Made by a program: the position numbers and the translations under genes. Below are positions 36,894 through 48,218 of a stretch of DNA of 64,000 nt, in pieces; positions within the stretch are counted from its first letter, which is position 1; each line of letters begins with the position of its first letter. Source of the stretch: Epithemia pelagica (Eukaryota; Protista; Bacillariophyta); assembly GCA_946965045.2 (NCBI GenBank), contig OX337229.1:4340001-4404000 (forward strand). Reading direction: 5' to 3'. The notes beneath the pieces are model-generated. The model had not been told where the DNA came from. It did no database searches and saw only the letters and a list, made by a program, of their open reading frames with translations.

Positions 36894-38295
36894 GGCATGT
36901 CAAGGCATATGGCATGCAGGATGTTATTGCAAATTGGAGAATGATACGTTTCCTGTCTTCGAACCGGGAGATCTGGATGATGCGTTGTTTGATGAAGAAT
37001 TACATGGAGAGCTCGAAGAAGATGCAATGAGGTTCCAAGAAGCGAGAGTAGGCGACGACCTTATGTGTCCATTCCAATGCAACGAATGCTCCTTTTACAA
37101 CCTTCAGGGGAGATTTGCCACGGACCGAGAGCAAGACCAACTCTTGATGTTGTGTATCCGTCGTGCGAGTTTGGACGCTTTCTGGGCGCGAGAGAGGAGC
37201 ACAGTGGAAAAGAATTGGCGGGAGATGAAGGGATTGTTGGATATTGGTAACACGATAGGACTTTCCCATCCTCTCCCGAACAGGGGACCGATGCCTCTAG
37301 GAGATTCACAAGGTTTGAATACGGCCTGTCTTTTGCTGATGAAAACGTTGCGGGAAGGTCGAAATTCGAAGAGAATCCAATTTGAGACCGCCAGAAAGAT
37401 TCGGTCAGTGGTATCAAACTTCTGCCATACATTGCCAGGAGGAATTGGATTGTCGGCTATATCCCAAGGGGATAGAGGTGGATTGTTCTTTAGCGCCAGT
37501 TCAACAAATTCGTTCTGGTTTCGGCGGTTCATGGCAGGCTGTCATCGTCGAATGGGCGACGTATGGGTGCCGGACCAGGCGGTAACGGTGGACGAGATTT
37601 TGGCTGGCCTGGCAATTCTTGAAGAGGAATGGCAGGGAGGAGTAACCGGACAAAGGAAGCGTGAGGTAGCGCTAACTGGGGCGCTGGTTGTTGTTGCATT
37701 TGCTGCTGCTCTTAGAGGCGAGGAAATTCCTCAAATTGATGTAGGGCTAATGAGGAAATACTGGGAAGAAGGTCTCAATTATCAACGAAAGAGACACGTA
37801 CCTCTAGCGCTTGCTGGACGGTTCAAACAAACCAGCGGCACCTTTCGAATTTACATCCAACCGCTCTGCGATCGAACAAGCATTGAAATACGGGTTTGGC
37901 TAGAGAGAGCCATAAGAAGCCTTGAAGAAATCAAGATCAGAACGGGACCGATGTTTCGAATAGTTACCAAGCGAGGACAAGTGAAGCGCGCATCGGTGGG
38001 CGATCTTGATATCTTGTTCCATGCATTATGGAAGAGGATACAACATCGACATCCCCAATTGATAGTCGAAAGCACAAAATTTGAGGACGCGTTCAGTACC
38101 CGTCGATCCTTCCGGAGAGGCGCCACAACGGAGGCGCAGAACCGGGGCATTTCAAAGGACATCATCGAGATGAACAACCGTTGGAAAAAACACTTGAAGG
38201 GGAGAGGGATACTTCCATCAATGTCAATGATCGAGCGGTACTCGGATGCAAAGGCATCTGTGGAAGCGTTGGTGAAATTCTCAGAAGGTCTGTGA
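36727..38295 (+). CDS. Tyrosine recombinase with Cys-rich N-terminal region
   Basis: Catalytic-type residues LRGEE (R), RSFRRG (x-x-x-R box), NRW (W) and ERYS (Y). N-terminal CxxC clusters and CPFQCNEC. Confidence 0.88.
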   Translation: MLPLFALFCAGNLGRSSEHKAYWTQWTGNCQSCGHPVQPLSGICCANYGHTRGTSRACQGIWHAGCYCKLENDTFPVFEPGDLDDALFDEELHGELEEDAMRFQEARVGDDLMCPFQCNECSFYNLQGRFATDREQDQLLMLCIRRASLDAFWARERSTVEKNWREMKGLLDIGNTIGLSHPLPNRGPMPLGDSQGLNTACLLLMKTLREGRNSKRIQFETARKIRSVVSNFCHTLPGGIGLSAISQGDRGGLFFSASSTNSFWFRRFMAGCHRRMGDVWVPDQAVTVDEILAGLAILEEEWQGGVTGQRKREVALTGALVVVAFAAALRGEEIPQIDVGLMRKYWEEGLNYQRKRHVPLALAGRFKQTSGTFRIYIQPLCDRTSIEIRVWLERAIRSLEEIKIRTGPMFRIVTKRGQVKRASVGDLDILFHALWKRIQHRHPQLIVESTKFEDAFSTRRSFRRGATTEAQNRGISKDIIEMNNRWKKHLKGRGILPSMSMIERYSDAKASVEALVKFSEGL

Positions 38296-38368
38296 AGACA
38301 GGAGAAAGAGAGAGAGAAGAAGATATGAGACATGAAGGTGAATGTTGGAGGAAAGACCAAACGGGGTG

Positions 38369-38763
38369 AAGACTTGGCTGTACTACCTTGGTGGTATAAG
38401 CCCAGGTCGCTTGTTGTCCGTCAGCTGGCCTGTTTCATGGACTGGGAGTCTCTCTCCACGGTTGGTTGTTAGAGTGTGGCAACTCATAGCAGCTGACTTC
38501 TGCATCACTGCGAAGATATTTCGAGGATGCGGCCTCACTTTGTGAGGATAAGGAGTGAGAGTTCTGGTCTGGAGACACACTCGCCCACGGCAAACACAGT
38601 TTAGCAGATTCTGGAGATCTGCGACTGTGGCGCGATTACGGATCCCTCCTACGGATATGGGTGGGGGGCCATAACCCCCCCCCCAGCGTTGGTCAAGTAC
38701 TTTAACATAGTTTTCTAAGTGTGTAAGAATGTGAGAACGAGAAGGTGTCGGTGTCCTGAAAAG
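38369..38763 (+). repeat. Split direct repeat B1
   Basis: Matches 39011-39415 except for a 10-bp duplication in B2. Confidence 0.93.
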
Positions 38764-38778
38764 AGAGAGGAACTAGTA

Positions 38779-38993
38779 CCGCATCGTACCGCGCCGGTCA
38801 AGAAGGGACCGACGGACGAACGATGAAGAGGACATCGATCCCAACGAGATCTCAAGAGTAAGAGTTGGTTGGGACGGTCATTCCCTATGACCGTCCCAAC
38901 AAAAGTTCAGCAATCATAAATTGTTGGAAAGAAGAGGAGCACAGTCATCAAGGATCTGATCACCCATTGGTTCTGTGAATTCGCTTCTTTCGC
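38779..38993 (+). repeat. Split direct repeat A2
   Basis: Direct repeat of 29797-29806 plus 30418-30665. Confidence 0.93.
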
Positions 38994-39010
38994 CCACCCG
39001 CCCGCCCGGT

Positions 39011-39415
39011 AAGACTTGGCTGTACTACCTTGGTGGTATAAGCCCAGGTCGCTTGTTGTCCGTCAGCTGGCCTGTTTCATGGACTGGGAGTCTCTCTCCA
39101 CGGTTGGTTGTTAGAGTGTGGCAACTCATAGCAGCTGACTTCTGCATCACTGCGAAGATATTTCGAGGATGCGGCCTCACTTTGTGTCACTTTGTGAGGA
39201 TAAGGAGTGAGAGTTCTGGTCTGGAGACACACTCGCCCACGGCAAACACAGTTTAGCAGATTCTGGAGATCTGCGACTGTGGCGCGATTACGGATCCCTC
39301 CTACGGATATGGGTGGGGGGCCATAACCCCCCCCCCAGCGTTGGTCAAGTACTTTAACATAGTTTTCTAAGTGTGTAAGAATGTGAGAACGAGAAGGTGT
39401 CGGTGTCCTGAAAAG
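39011..39415 (+). repeat. Split direct repeat B2 (right end of element)
   Basis: Direct repeat of 38369-38763, with TCACTTTGTG duplicated at 39177-39196. Confidence 0.93.
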
Positions 39416-39787
39416 GGTACCCAACCGTCTGTGAGATGGTGGGTTTAATCCTGAAGTAAAAGTCATTATGGCATAACTCAGACCAGTCATCGACGATTAA
39501 GCTCATTGAAGGAATTACTTATGATTAAATGTCTGTAAAAACCCACGTGACCTGGAAGTTATTCGCAATGTCAGGGGCTATTGAAATTGGGAGGTGAAGG
39601 GTTATATAGAAATACTTAGAAATGTCATGGGGACTATGCATTCCTCTCCTTCTCATTGTCTTGCGTGTTCACGATATCTATGGGCGTTTTACTCTCATTT
39701 TTCGAGCTCACAATAATTGTTATTATTATTTTTTGGTTCACCTTCTTTTCAAGCTTCATTCAAAACAATCACAAGGGCAACGTAAAC

Positions 39788-41941
39788 ATGATGAGCACAG
39801 ACTTTGTTTCAGAAGAATCAGAAGGATTGGGTTCTTCCAGTGGACACAGCAGGGGAAAGGGGATACAACAACATCGAAGATCACTTGTGTTTCGGACCAA
39901 GCGAAAAACGGAGCAATTCTCCTTCTGGAAATGCATAGCGAGCCCAAAATGCCTCTACATTATGTTTTTCGTCTACGTGTCTTGTTCAGCTCTTATATTT
40001 ACCTTTCTTGGCCTGTTTGCGCTTGACAATGGGTACGTACGAAGAACGTGGAGAATATGGATCAATATCTGCAAATGAACCCAAAGCGTCGTCTCATTTC
40101 ACTTCCACCAACAAATTTTCAGATCCTCTTATTGCGAACAACAAATGGGAGGTGAAGGCCTATTTTCTCTGATACATCGAGTCAGCTTTAGTTCCTCGCC
40201 CGTCACTCATTTGGCCTGCCTTCCCACCACCACATCAAGGCAACGAAGCTCTCTTAGAACAATGCGAGGTAGTGGTGTCACCATGGGCTCTTCTCTAGTA
40301 CCTCCAGTGACGTCTACTTCAGAGTTTGGCTTTTCTGTAGCTTCCACGAGCACTGCTTCAGTCATTGCTGTGGTAGGACTGGAACAAGACAACCGAGACT
40401 TTTCCATCTCTCTGTATCACAAAACTGAGAAAACGAACAAGGCAGCCACCACATCCTCTGGCTGGAAATTGGACACTGGGGCGCACATGAATACTACGGG
40501 AAGACATGTTCTGTCCAGTTATGGTTGGGACATGCAAATTGCCCAAGAAACAACAAGAACTTCCGGCGACACACAGTTTGGCGGTGTTCATGTCATCGCT
40601 TCAGGAGATCGCGTGGATTCTTCGGATGAGGCTAAGAATGAAGTCTTTATGGATGCCTTTTATTGCCCGGATCCTCAGCGATCAAAAGGCCATGGCAGTG
40701 GCGATTCGCTTACCTGCCAAAGATCGCGCTTTGTGTTTGACGAAAGGTTCCACAATGAGCCAAAAGTATTTCCAGGACAAATGGAGTCATTCGAGACACC
40801 TCCTCCCATTTCTACCATGGCTAACACAGCCGAAAGCGACAACAGTAAGGATCAAGCTGGTGGACTCTACGAAACTTCGCTTTATTCCAGCATGTACTTT
40901 CCTTTGCCGTTTTCGTTGTCATCGAATGGCCGTTTTATGGCTCTGGGATATCTATCCTCCTTGGCAATTCAAGAATGGCAACCTCCTCAACTGTCCAATA
41001 ATTTTGAAGGAGCATGGATGCCAACCTTCGGTACCAAACGTATTGGACTAGATGATCAAGGCATGGCCGCCACTCTGTTTTACGTAGCCATGTCCAATGA
41101 AGGAGCAAGAATACATCAAGAAGAGTCTCATGCTACTCAGAAATCCAAAGCGCTAGGAGCAGAGGGACAAGACGAAGTGATCATGGCTGCTGGAATGATT
41201 CGTTCGGACATGAACGACCAAAATGGCTACGTGATTGCTGTGCCTCAGCGCAGTCCCAGGAATCCAGTGGAGGGTCCGTTGGAGGTGGTTGTTTACAAAT
41301 GGAACAAACATAATGGACAGAGTAGTGACGACTCTGATGCAGTTGCGCCAAAGGTCATGGGAACACCCATTCGCAGTCAAGGACATTTGACTCGTGGACT
41401 AGACCTTCCCTTTCCTCGCAATTCTGTTCAAATCTCCGAATGTGGCAAAGTCCTGGCTGTCCTTTCTTTGTTTCGAAGCACGGGTGATGACCGCGGCAGC
41501 AATGACGACGATGAGGATATGGAGGCCGAAACGTGGCCCATGATCAAGGTGTTCGAATGGAACGACGTGGCTGATGACTGGAAGCTTCGGCAAACTTTTG
41601 TATTGGAAGACAATGCGTTGGTTTTGGCCGCCTCGTACTCTCTTTCTACCAATGGTTCTGTCTTGGCCATTTCCGATGCCTCCCGTGTGTTGGTTTACCA
41701 ATGGAATGTCCAGGATTCCCGCTACCTGTCACGGTCGGTTCAACCACAAGAGGTGCCTCAACGTAGTGGCCGAAACGCTGCTACGACATCCTCCAGCACC
41801 ACCACATCCACAGCGACCAGCACCGAAGACTCCCTTCGAATGGTACACGTGTCGGGAGATGCCTCTACCCTGTTGCTTGGTTCGCCATTCGCCACCACAG
41901 ACACTGGGGGGTTGGTCGAGACCTTTCAGATCGATGTTTAA
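39788..41941 (+). CDS. Paralog 3: short single-TM form with the beta-propeller-like ectodomain only; exons 39788-40032 and 40123-41941
   Basis: Exon 1 ends with TM LYIMFFVYVSCSALIFTFLGLFAL, then GG|GTACGT...TTTCAG. Exon 2 aligns with exon 2 of the long paralogs (EFGFSVAST, PLPFSLS, QEWQ, FGTKRIGL, SLSTNGSVLAI). Confidence 0.78.
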
Positions 41942-42649
41942 AGGCTCTATTCAAGCCATAGATAGATTTTATAGAGCGAATGCAAGGGAGGGGTTAATGT
42001 ACAGATTGTAAGCTTATCTGAATAGTCTTGTGAAATCTCTGCGAAGTGTCAAGTTCTCTATTTCTGTATAATTCAAAAGCGAAGAAGATGGAGGAGTCTT
42101 CTCAGAACTTTGACCAATGATCAAGGTCGACGAATAGAACAAGGTTATAGCCGCGGCGGCACATGTTACATGTTCCATTTGACTGCAACATGGCACATGG
42201 CAACTACCTTTGGCATCACGCAGGTTATCTTGGGCTCCCTCTAGGAGCAAAACCGTGTGGTAGAACACGATCCGAAAATAATACGGATAGCAACTAGGAG
42301 AAGGAGACGAATAGGCCCATGTCCTCACCCCTATCACTACTACTACTCGTACCCCTACGAATTTGTAGGGATTGGCTAGCTCCTCCTCCTGGCGATGGTA
42401 CTCGTAAGCTATCAGCCGAATGGTCCTACTTTGCAAGACTAGTGGTTGGGCTTGGGGGCTTCCTATTTTTAATACAAATAAATAATTTTATGATTTAGTT
42501 GAAGATGAAGTTCGGGTTTTGCGTTGATTCGCGCTGTCACTTTTTGTCTCTGTTGCTTCGGGTTCGATGAGATACGGATCACTGAACAGATCACTCGTAC
42601 CATTTTTAATTTAAACCCCAGAAAAACGAACCTGTTTTGAAAGCAAGAA

Positions 42650-45600
42650 ATGGCAGTAATGATGGAAGGCAACGATGACAGGAAAGGTCCCGAGCACGAC
42701 AAAATGGTAGCAGACTGGGTTGGCAGCAAGGATTCAGCTCCACGAGAACATACGCAATTGGGCAGGGATAATGGAAGGCCATGCTCATCAAAGTTAGAAG
42801 AAGAAGAACATGGCATCACTTCGATGGCAATTCAAGATGAAGCAAATGTGTGCAACGCTGAAGAATACACAGTCAAAACACGTGATAACCCCCACCATAA
42901 GTCAAAGAAAAGAACCCACCGCCATTATCATCATCGCCACGATAAATCAAACGACCTCTAGGGCAAAAACATTCCTAAAAAATGCTCAATTGATACAAAG
43001 AGCAACATCGACCAAACCGACCAATGCAACAAGAAAGGCCACGGCAATGAACAGGACATACACCCAAACAGCGTCATTCCTCGCGATTCCACTCGAGATA
43101 CCGACGACACAAAAAGTATGGATTTCACAGTCCCAAAGCTGTTTCGTACCAACCGAGATACTGATGAATCCAATGCTTGTACCCAAAGCCTTTCCAATTT
43201 TGAAGATGAACCAGAACAACAGCCTCACATGAGGGACTCGGGAGTATCCTTCCACTCGCAACACGAGCAAAACCCCAATCTTGTAGAGTCCTTGTGGAAA
43301 CCAAAATCACCCTCACTTCGGATTATTTGCGACGGTGCAAACACAGAGGATAAAGACGGCGAACGATTATATTTTGTAAACGATCCTCTCGTGACCCTCG
43401 TGGTCGAGAGTGAACATGACAGGACCAATGCTTCAACTCACACGACTCACCAAAAAGGTAAAGATCTCGTAAATTCTCCACCTGAGAAAAAGGCAGTTTT
43501 GCCAGAAGACACATACAGCCTTTTAGTCTTCTCGCGTTTTTGGTCAACCTTGAACATAGCGTCATTTATTGCCTTATTTCAATTGTTGACAATTACCATA
43601 TTGCTCGCCGATGTGATTGACATTCACACAACAATTAAGGATGATCCAGACGATTATATTCCCGACAACCCAGTTGAGTTCCCAGCGGCTGTCACTTTTC
43701 CCGTGGCCATTGCACAGCTCATTGCACTGGCGATCACAATATTTAGTGTGGATGACCTTATTTGGGCCATGAATGTTCACTTCAACGGATTTGATAAAGA
43801 CCAGGTGCTCAATCATCTCTGTGAGGGGTTCAATCGAAGCGACCGCGGAACAACAGTAGATACCACTGAGAATGCGAAGGGTACGACTGGAAATGACGAA
43901 GAAATGGCCTTTCTTGTACTAGATCGCCACAAAAACCCTTCAAAGTGTTCAGACGCCAGCACGCACAACAACGCCGTGAAGCAAGAATCCAACTTTGTTC
44001 CACACTTAACCCAGAGATGGTATGCTTCCAATGCTCTCCGATTGTTGGAGGGATGTTCATCGTTTGTGGGCATTTTCATTCTAATTGTTCGCTCCGAAAC
44101 AGTCCTGGATGTGTTGCTCAACTTTACCGCCATTAACTTTGTTTCTCAGCTCGACAACCTCATTTTCTTATTCGCTAAATGGGGCTACTTTGGACCTTTC
44201 GTTCAAAGTGACGCATGTCATCCAATCTGTGACGAGGCCAATTTTTCTTTTTTAAAGACGTTGACTCGTCCAGATCATTGGAACGACCGGGATTTCCTTT
44301 GTGGACTAACCCTTCGTGTGTTGTTGCCCATTGTCGCGCTTGTAGCCTGGGCTGCCGTGATTGCCAAGCAAAACAATGGACACTTCCTCTCACCAGAAAT
44401 ATATGCCCAAATGGGAGACGAAACCGACCTTACGTTGGGCACGTACAGTGGCATTTACGTCCGCTCCAGCCGTCGCGACCAAAAGAGTAGGCGGTTTCGG
44501 TACGTTTCAAGAGATGGAAGAGGGGAGTTTGTCTATTGTGATTCCATCAATTCGTGGGTCTTTCGTGATCCTCTCCGTCCAAAAGAAGGGAACAAGTGTG
44601 GATGGTGGGTCATGAGTGAGAAAAGTGACTCATTCGACTTGCTCAGTATGTCAGCGTCGGAATGGTACCTGAAGGATTCGTTCAACATCAAGACTCCCAT
44701 GGACTGGATGTATCTCGCTGCCTATAATTCCAAATTTAAGCGTGGTGGAGTTTGCTCTGATGGCAAAAGATACGGGCTGAGCTGCGAATTTTCGGACCCA
44801 TGCCGTACTTTGACGATTGACCGGAACACGGATCTCTTTGGTCATGGGCAGCGCGTTTTCCCATCTGAATATGACCTTGTGAGTGGTCTAGAAATCTACC
44901 ACCGACCTGTTTATGTTGGTCAAGCGCGAGAATATGCCGAACTTGACGTCATCCTTTTTACCGGCCGTCGTTGGGTCATAATTTCCACAATGGGTTGGGC
45001 AGAGTGGGATGTAACAGATTCCACTGAATTGGAGGACATCGGAATTTCGCATCGCTTCTTTATCCCGTCGCTGGTGAATCATCAAGACCTGAATATCCAG
45101 TACATTAGCGAACCAGTGGATGCCACATCTCCAAGCAACAAAGTCGCACCAATTGGTCTGAGGTGGTTCCGCTCATCGCAACTAAACCAAGTAGACTTGG
45201 ATCAACATATTCTGTTTAAGTCGGACCAATCATCCGACATGACGACGCGACTTATCTGTGCCTTATGCTCCTCCACGTCCGAATGTATGCATGGCGGATT
45301 ATGCGTAAATAATACCTGTCATTGTCATTATGGCAGCAAGGGTAAGTTGTGCGAAGTTCCTCCCAGAGGCAACGGGTTGTGTGACATTCAGTTTAACAAA
45401 CCCGAGTATGATTTTGACGGAGGGTACGTAGATGCGGCGGCGTTTGCAAAGTCGACTTGTCGCCATAATTACATGTCGTCACTAACGATCTCATCGTTCG
45501 ATCTTTCAGGGACTGTTGTCTGTCCACTTGTGTCGCTCCTGTCGAGTCAGAATACTTATGTGGCATGGATACTACTTTGGCATTGGACGTGAAACACGTG

Positions 45601-47535
45601 GCATGTAATCCTGAGACGGGCTCAACAGGATGGAAGCGGATACATGAAATGACACAACCAAGCTTTGCCTCCTCCGAGTTTGGCTTGTCAGTTGCCACAA
45701 CGTGGCGTGGATCCGTGCTGGCAGTGACGGGCCGAGAACAGTGGCGGCCCTTTTACATCTCTCTGTATCGCAATGCCGGCCGAAGGTGGTTGGAAGAGCG
45801 AGGGGACACATAACGATCGCAAGAGAGTGACACCTTGAGTTTTGGACTTGAGCTACAAATGGCCGATGTTATGCCCAATGCCCTTGCCACCATTTACAAT
45901 CGTATGCCAGTCCATGTCATCACGTCCTTTGACCAGTTACAAACCTCGAGCAATGTCATCTATCTTTTTTTGGATGCTTTTTACTGTTCTGTGCAATTGT
46001 ACTGCAAACGACCCCTCTTGATCTTTGACCGCAAGTTTCATAGTGATCCCAAAACATTCCCCGGTCACGTCGAAGGGTACGATCCTCCTCCCACCGATCC
46101 CAGTTTGTTAGAGGAATCGTACACGTATTCATCCTTGACCTATCCACTCCCTTTCAGTTTGGCTCGCAATGGCCGGTTTTTGGCCTTGGCTTTCTGGTCC
46201 TCATTTGTGATTCAAGAATGGCAATTTCCACAAAGCTCCAACTCGTTCGATGGAGCCTGGGTCCCATCTTTTGGTACCAAACGCATTGGTTTGGACGAGG
46301 ACAATCATCGTGCCACCATACTGTATTTGGCAATGTCCAATGAAATTCAGGGTACGCTAAATGATAGCAGCAACAGCGATAGTGACACCGCTGAAACGGT
46401 TATTGTGGCAGTCGGCTTGATTCGATCCAAATTTCCAGATTCCGAAGGCTTTGTCGTCGCAGTCCCATTGATTGGATCCCTAAGGCCTATCGCAGGTCCT
46501 TTGCATGTGGTTGTTTATCAATGGGCCAAGGGACAGCCGCCGAACGTCTTGGGACAACACCCGATTGTCAGCCATGAACATTTGCAGCCTGGCATTGATT
46601 TGCCCTTTGCCCGAAATTCCGTCCAATTGTCGGTAGATGGCAAAGTCTTGTCAAAAATGTCCTTTTTCAAGAACGAAACGGACAGTGATGGTGGCATTTT
46701 TGACAATTCGCCCGCACAAGCCATGGTCAAAATTTTCGAATGGAACCCTAGCCTTGAGGATTGGATACTTCGTCAAGACTTTGTCTTGGCCGATACGCAG
46801 TTACTATTTTCAGCCTCACATTCCCTCTCCTGGGATGGATCCGTCGTTACCATTGCTGAAGCCTCTCATTTACGTGTTTATCACTGGAATCCTGATTCTT
46901 TGGAGTACAGGGATGCCCCGAACTATGAGGAAACCTACCGTTCCCAGGAAGAACCAAACAGACACAAAGTCATAACAGTTGATGAGTCCTTTCGCACAGT
47001 TGCATTGTCAGGTGATGGTTCGACCCTCGTTTTGGGATCGCCCTTTTTAAACGCCAATGATGGATCGGTAGAAATATATGGAGACGATTATGCGTCTCCT
47101 TGTCGGTACAATGTCACGCATCCCCGGTTGTTGCACTTGTCCTTCCAAGTCGCCAAGGGTACCAGTTTACCCCGCGTTCATTGGCAAGTCGTACAGCAAC
47201 CAACAACCCAAAACGATACCAGCACCAAGACCGTCGTGTTGCGGGAGGGCGGTCCCAAACTGTTTGGACAAGCGCATCCCAAGGCCATGGAGGCCTTGGA
47301 ATACGATGCCTACAATGGATTTCGGAGTTTCTTGTATCAAGAATGCTTCTCTCCTCAGGACGAATGCGACACCATGAGTCTGTACCATAAAAGGTCTGAC
47401 AACAACGCATGGCGTAACCAAAGTGAACCCATTGTGGCCTTTTTCAATGGCCAGAATCTTACCAAGGGCACGTTCAATCCCAACGCCCTGGACAACGACG
47501 AAGCGGACTGTGTCTTGATCGTGGAACTGGAGTAA
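42650..47535 (+). pseudogene. Paralog 4 of multi-TM/EGF/LNR/beta-propeller-like family; exons 42650-45423 and 45510-47535, two in-frame stops
   Basis: Same architecture and DGG|DCC intron as paralogs 1 and 2. TAG 42959-61 and TAA 45811-13 interrupt otherwise continuous frames. Confidence 0.8.
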
Positions 47536-48218
47536 AAACTCTAGGAAGACGGCAACACCATGAATCTATGGGAGAGTACCGCTCCATCTCTGTTTTCGTT
47601 GTTCGTATCTTCTTTTTGTAGTTGGATAGTGAGTTCCCTGTAGGAAGGAATCGGAAAAAGGAAGGCACACCAGCAGCAAGGGATTTGGAGCGTAAAATGA
47701 CAAGAAACATTCTATATTCGCCACATGGAACATTCTGGTTTTCACACAGAAACGGTCCAAAGCCATGATCATTGATCGGTGCTTCTTCTTGAGTGCTAGC
47801 GCAAAGAGCAACATTCCACATGAAAACTAAAGGGTGTCATGGTCAAACTCCCGCTTCCAAAGTTTTTTGTGGATAGATTCATGTCTGCGCACGCGTCACC
47901 GGGCGCGCGTACCATAATACATCAACGGACATCTTGTTGGTCTTGTCCACGCCAGGCGGCTATCCCTCTCACACACATCCTCGTCGTCAAGGAAATAAAA
48001 ATTCCATCCAGTGCGAACCCTATAGATGAACGCACACTGTGACAGTGACTTGGAAGATGTGCCAAGTTTGAGAGACGAAGACAAGATCTATTGTGTGGGA
48101 AAGCAGTACCTTAGAAGAAAAGTAAAAAGCAGGTTTCGTCTCCTGTGAGTTCCATTGACACGACACACCATTGGTAGGCTTGTGGATCAATCATCTCCCA
48201 TCCTGTTCCAAAGAAACA

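Larger units (their letters stand above)
29797..39415 (+). mobile_element. Tyrosine-recombinase retrotransposon (DIRS superfamily, Ngaro/PAT-type split direct repeats A1-ORFs-B1-A2-B2)
   Basis: Gag-like ORF, RT-RNaseH and YR ORF are present. A and B repeats each occur twice in the order A..B-A-B. No TSD seen. Confidence 0.93.

Noticed and set aside
42014-42480. Atypical intergenic stretch with small hairpins and a 140-aa minus ORF
   Set aside because: No termini, repeats or protein motifs support a call.
1191-45813. Many in-frame TAG/TAA stops suggesting a reassigned genetic code
   Set aside because: Intact genes in the window end at TAA and TGA, and copia pol ends at TAG. Internal stops are confined to TEs and the duplicated family and replace different amino acids.
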